Of a stretch of 52,572 bases of DNA, positions 48,992 through 52,572 are shown piece by piece. Within the stretch, counting starts at the first letter, position 1, and the number at the start of each line of letters is the position of its first letter. The notes under the pieces are model-generated. The model searched no databases, was not told the DNA's origin, and was given only the letters and a program-made list of their open reading frames with translations. Made by a program: the position numbers and the translations under genes. This DNA comes from Catajapyx aquilonaris (lineage: Eukaryota). The stretch covers positions 1-52,572 of the forward strand of contig KZ538705.1 in the NCBI GenBank assembly GCA_000934665.2, read 5' to 3'.

Positions 48992-51910
48992 TTATATGAA
49001 ATCTGATCCGCCCCTGTCAAATACATGTCCAACCTTTCCCCTCAGAAAGTCCGGAATGCGAGGCTGAACATGAGAACTTGAACACGGAAAGTCTGTGAAC
49101 ACATTTGTGTACGACGTTGCATTCAACTCTGGCTGTTGCACTTGTCTTGGAAGCCTCTGGCGTTTACGTTGCGATGCTTTGAACCTCCAAATCTGCCCGT
49201 ACTTCTGTACCAAAGCTCCTTGTCGTACCGCCTCCTTGGCTGCCCGTCGAAGCGCTTCCAGTTCCCTTTCGTATCTCCGCCTGAGACCTTCAGCAACAAA
49301 AGCTCGTATACACTCCCTCAACAGGAATCGCCTCCTTTCTTCAAGTATTTCCTCGTACATCAATCGCTTTGCGTCCCTACGCTGCTTGTACTGTAGCCAT
49401 GCGCGGAATACCTGTCAATCATACGATTATTCAACACCATCGCTAACACACAGGTTATCAGACGAATATGCGACTTGCAATGAAATGTTAAAAAACCGAC
49501 ATTACTTTTGTAAGCAGGTGATGTTTCCTGTGCTGATCCGCAGTGTGTTCCTTTGCGTTCCAGATCATTTTTTCTCGCAGTTTCCGCCGCCACAAGACCA
49601 CGAAGAAGCGTACTTTATTGGCTTTGTTGAACTCGATTGCCCTGCGTTTTTCCGCTGCCTTTTGTCGCCTTATTTCAACGTAAGCCAGCCATACGCTGAT
49701 GGAACGACTCATGAGACGCTCGTTGCGATGTTCAATTGCAATGGCCACCTTCATCTTCAGCTCTACTTGTGAGTTGCAGTTTGTTCGCCATGTAGAAAAC
49801 GCAACTTGAAGTCTTACTGTAAATATAGCGGATTAGATCGTACGATGCATTCTTTTAAACCATACGTACATTTTGCAATGTGTGTCCTGACTATTTGGAT
49901 CGCATGCTGAGCTTTCCTCCGCTTCTCCTTCCGCTGGCTGCTCCATTTCTTCCAGTACCGAAGGCACCTCCTGGCCACTTTGTCGTCACGGAACTCCTCC
50001 GCTTGCCTCAGCATCTCCCTTTCTTCCCGCTTCTTCCGAGCCATCTCGCTCCATTCCTTCAGCACCACACGCTTGTATTCCCTCGCAACAATGACGACCA
50101 TGAACTCAATCTTCAGCATCAGACCTTGCCATTGTTGGTGATGGAACAGCCAGGCTCGTAAGGCATTTCTTTTCAGCTTCGTCTCGTAATGAGATCTGGC
50201 GACTTCATCCGCAGCATTCAACCACTTTCTCTCGGTAGTGCGGATTTCCCAGAACTTAAAGACGGCGGAGGTGACACGTCTTCGGTTTAGGGCATCGGCC
50301 GCAGCGTAATTGGCGCGCTTAGCCTGACGATGTTGTACGTAGCATGTCCACCGTTGGAAGAAGCGTGATTTTACACGCATTTCCCAGAAGTGGCAGGCCA
50401 TATCAACCTTCTCTTTAGCCAGAGATCGATCGTGCAGCTTCACTTGCCAGGCATACCAAGCACATTGGATCAGGCTTCTGCATCGGAAGTAATCTGCCTG
50501 CGATACAACATTACACTTGTAATAACCCAATTGACACTTTACCTAATGTACCTTGCAGTCCAAGTTGTCACGATATTTCTTCTCCGCCAGCCGTTTCCGC
50601 CACGTCCGCATGAACCGCACTATTAACATATGATGTCTGAACCTCTCGGCTCGTAAGAAAAGCATTCTCCTATGCCGCCTGCTCTCCGTCAGTACGAGCC
50701 ATGCGGATAAATGATTTCTCAGCGTCGTATGTCTGGAATTAGCACACGTTAGCAACTGTACCCTCAGCAAATTTTGCAACCGTACCTGTAATGCATCGAA
50801 GCCATCGCGTATTTCCCGCTCATTCCCTCTTCTTCTTTGTCCTCAATCCGTTTCGTCCAACGTCGCCAAAACTCACGCAACACAAGACGCCTTCCAATGC
50901 TCTTAACCTTCCTCCGTAAGGTTCTCCTGTCTTTATGCTTTGTCGCATTTAATTGCAGCAACCGAATCACCATCACCTACCAATCGAATGAATTCATTAT
51001 TACAAGTACATTTGTAGCGTACGGATCGTACCTTGCATTTGTGTTCGTAGTGCATCGTGGCCAGTTCGTTCTGCTGTCTGCGTCTGATCTTCAGTACGAC
51101 ATACTGATGCCATGCTTGAAAATATTTTGCGGCCAACTCCAGTCGAGATTGTATCACTCGTTGCTTCCAGGCGTTCAGTGCATGTCGACATAGATTCCGG
51201 TTATAAGTCGCATCGGCAACTGACTGGAGTTTGCGCATGGCAACTCGGTATCGCACAAAACTTCGCCACGCTCTAAGCGCAGTTGCCTTAAGTCGTTGCT
51301 CGTATCTGAGCATCAGCATCTGTGATATGCGCCGTTTCAAGTTCTTCAGCTTCACCCTCTTGTGCCACGCTTCAAACGCTTTGGCCATCAGTCGACGCTC
51401 GGTCTGTACCCGCGATTGCAGCTTCACCTTCCGCGCCATCAGCAACGACTTAAATGCGTTCAAACCTGAGCTCATCAGCTTCCGGTTGTAATGCGCCACT
51501 GCCAATCGATACTTCCGATTGTCACACTCCTGAACCGCAACGAATTCGCGCCATAGCCCCAAGTACTTCCGCAACAAGTACGTACGATAATGGCATTTGG
51601 CACGTATCTGAAGGACCCACAGCCCCCGACTCATCCAGCACGCTTCCTTCCACTTACGGAACACCTTTCGCATCAGGTTCCACCGGTACAACAAACCCGC
51701 TTCGAAAGACAGGTCCGCATAAACGCCAAAGTACCGCTGATGCATTACGGAGCTCTTCAGGCACGCCAAATGCTTGTTCCCAGCAGTCGGAAGAAGTCTC
51801 TCCGGTTCTTCCCAAGTCGCATCCAACGGCCGGAGCCGCACTTCTTTCCGAGGCTTCCATACAGCGCACCGAGGCCGAGGGATTTTAGACGCCGGCCGGA
51901 TGAAATCCAT
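48992..51910 (-). CDS. SFI1: SFI1-like centrin-binding repeat protein; exons 51032..51910, 50786..50976, 50552..50732, 49870..50497, 49506..49816, 48992..49411 (3' end uncertain)
   Basis: Very basic helical protein with many A..(H/F)Y...L.....F..W repeats (KVFRKWK, KAFEAWH, ALRAWR, KYFQAWH, EFWRRW, RFFQRW, VFRAW) and a QPRIPDFL motif like the SFI1 QPR-P-FL motif. Junction phases are consistent. Confidence 0.82.
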
Positions 51911-52572
51911 TCTTTGCAAAACGTAACAATCGGCCAACAATGGAACAGGACAAATTACTTGAAAAGGCAACAATCGCCGTACAAATAGCGAAGGTACTTT
52001 TTTTTGTGCAATCAACAATCGGAACTCGAGCAGAGAAAATGAGCGTCAACAACAATGGAGCGTTGCTAAGGCCGGCCCACATTGTTGCCAATTCAGCAAC
52101 TGAAAATTTGTTCCGCAACAATGGGAGGGAAATGGGCAGAGAATCTAAAGGCGCAACAATTTGGGTTCTTTAAAAAAAAGTTCTTTATTTAGAACCTGGA
52201 CATGGCTACACAAATTTCTCTCCGTCCACTAAGGAACTCATCGGAAGAAAAAAAAAACACGCTGACAAAAATTCCGCCGAGTTAAATTTCAGTTTAGTCG
52301 ACGTTTGGGATTTTTTTTTTTTACTTAAATTAGAAATATTGGGGAGCAGTCGGACCATATTTTTTTCTTCACACAATTTTTTTTTGGGGCAATGAGAACT
52401 TTTTAGTTACATAGTGTAATGAAGTATAGTCAATAAATGCAAAAAACTGCAGTTAAAGGGGGGGGGCAAACATTAATTTTTGTACTCTCCAAATTTTTCT
52501 CAGCGACCTTTTCCAGTGGACTACTTTTCAAAAAGGTTGGTGTCGGGGGAGATTGTGGTAACAAAAAAAAAA

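Noticed and set aside
49095..51988. Multiple plus-strand ORFs over SFI1
   Set aside because: Antisense shadows of the coding exons with no independent domain or splice evidence.

Overview
Compact, intron-containing eukaryotic (animal, probably arthropod or other ecdysozoan) genomic DNA; not prokaryotic, and there is no CRISPR array. I hand-built GT-AG spliced models for ten genes: an N-terminally truncated IFT46-like gene (-), a secreted C-type lectin (+), type I inositol-1,4,5-trisphosphate 5-phosphatase INPP5A (-), alpha/epsilon sarcoglycan (+), SPOUT1/C9orf114 methyltransferase (-), an unnamed small signal-peptide + single Cys-rich FN3 + GPI-signal-like protein (-), the photoreceptor zinc-finger factor glass (-), a copine (-), PCED1/FAM113 (+) and an SFI1-like centrin-binding protein (-). 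Non-coding features include a tRNA-derived SINE-like head, several MITE-like hairpins, a ~410-bp near-perfect palindrome, 36-bp and 88-bp tandem repeats, an (AT)n tract and promoter motif clusters. I see no convincing wholly new multi-gene system. The best candidates for undescribed biology are (1) an alternative INPP5A last exon that swaps the CaaX prenylation tail for a PDZ-type ETTV tail, (2) an alternative copine first exon carrying a second version of the first C2A beta-strand, (3) the orphan FN3/GPI gene and (4) the mini-IFT46. All exon structures are inferred from sequence alone, and family assignments are from recall, not database searches.
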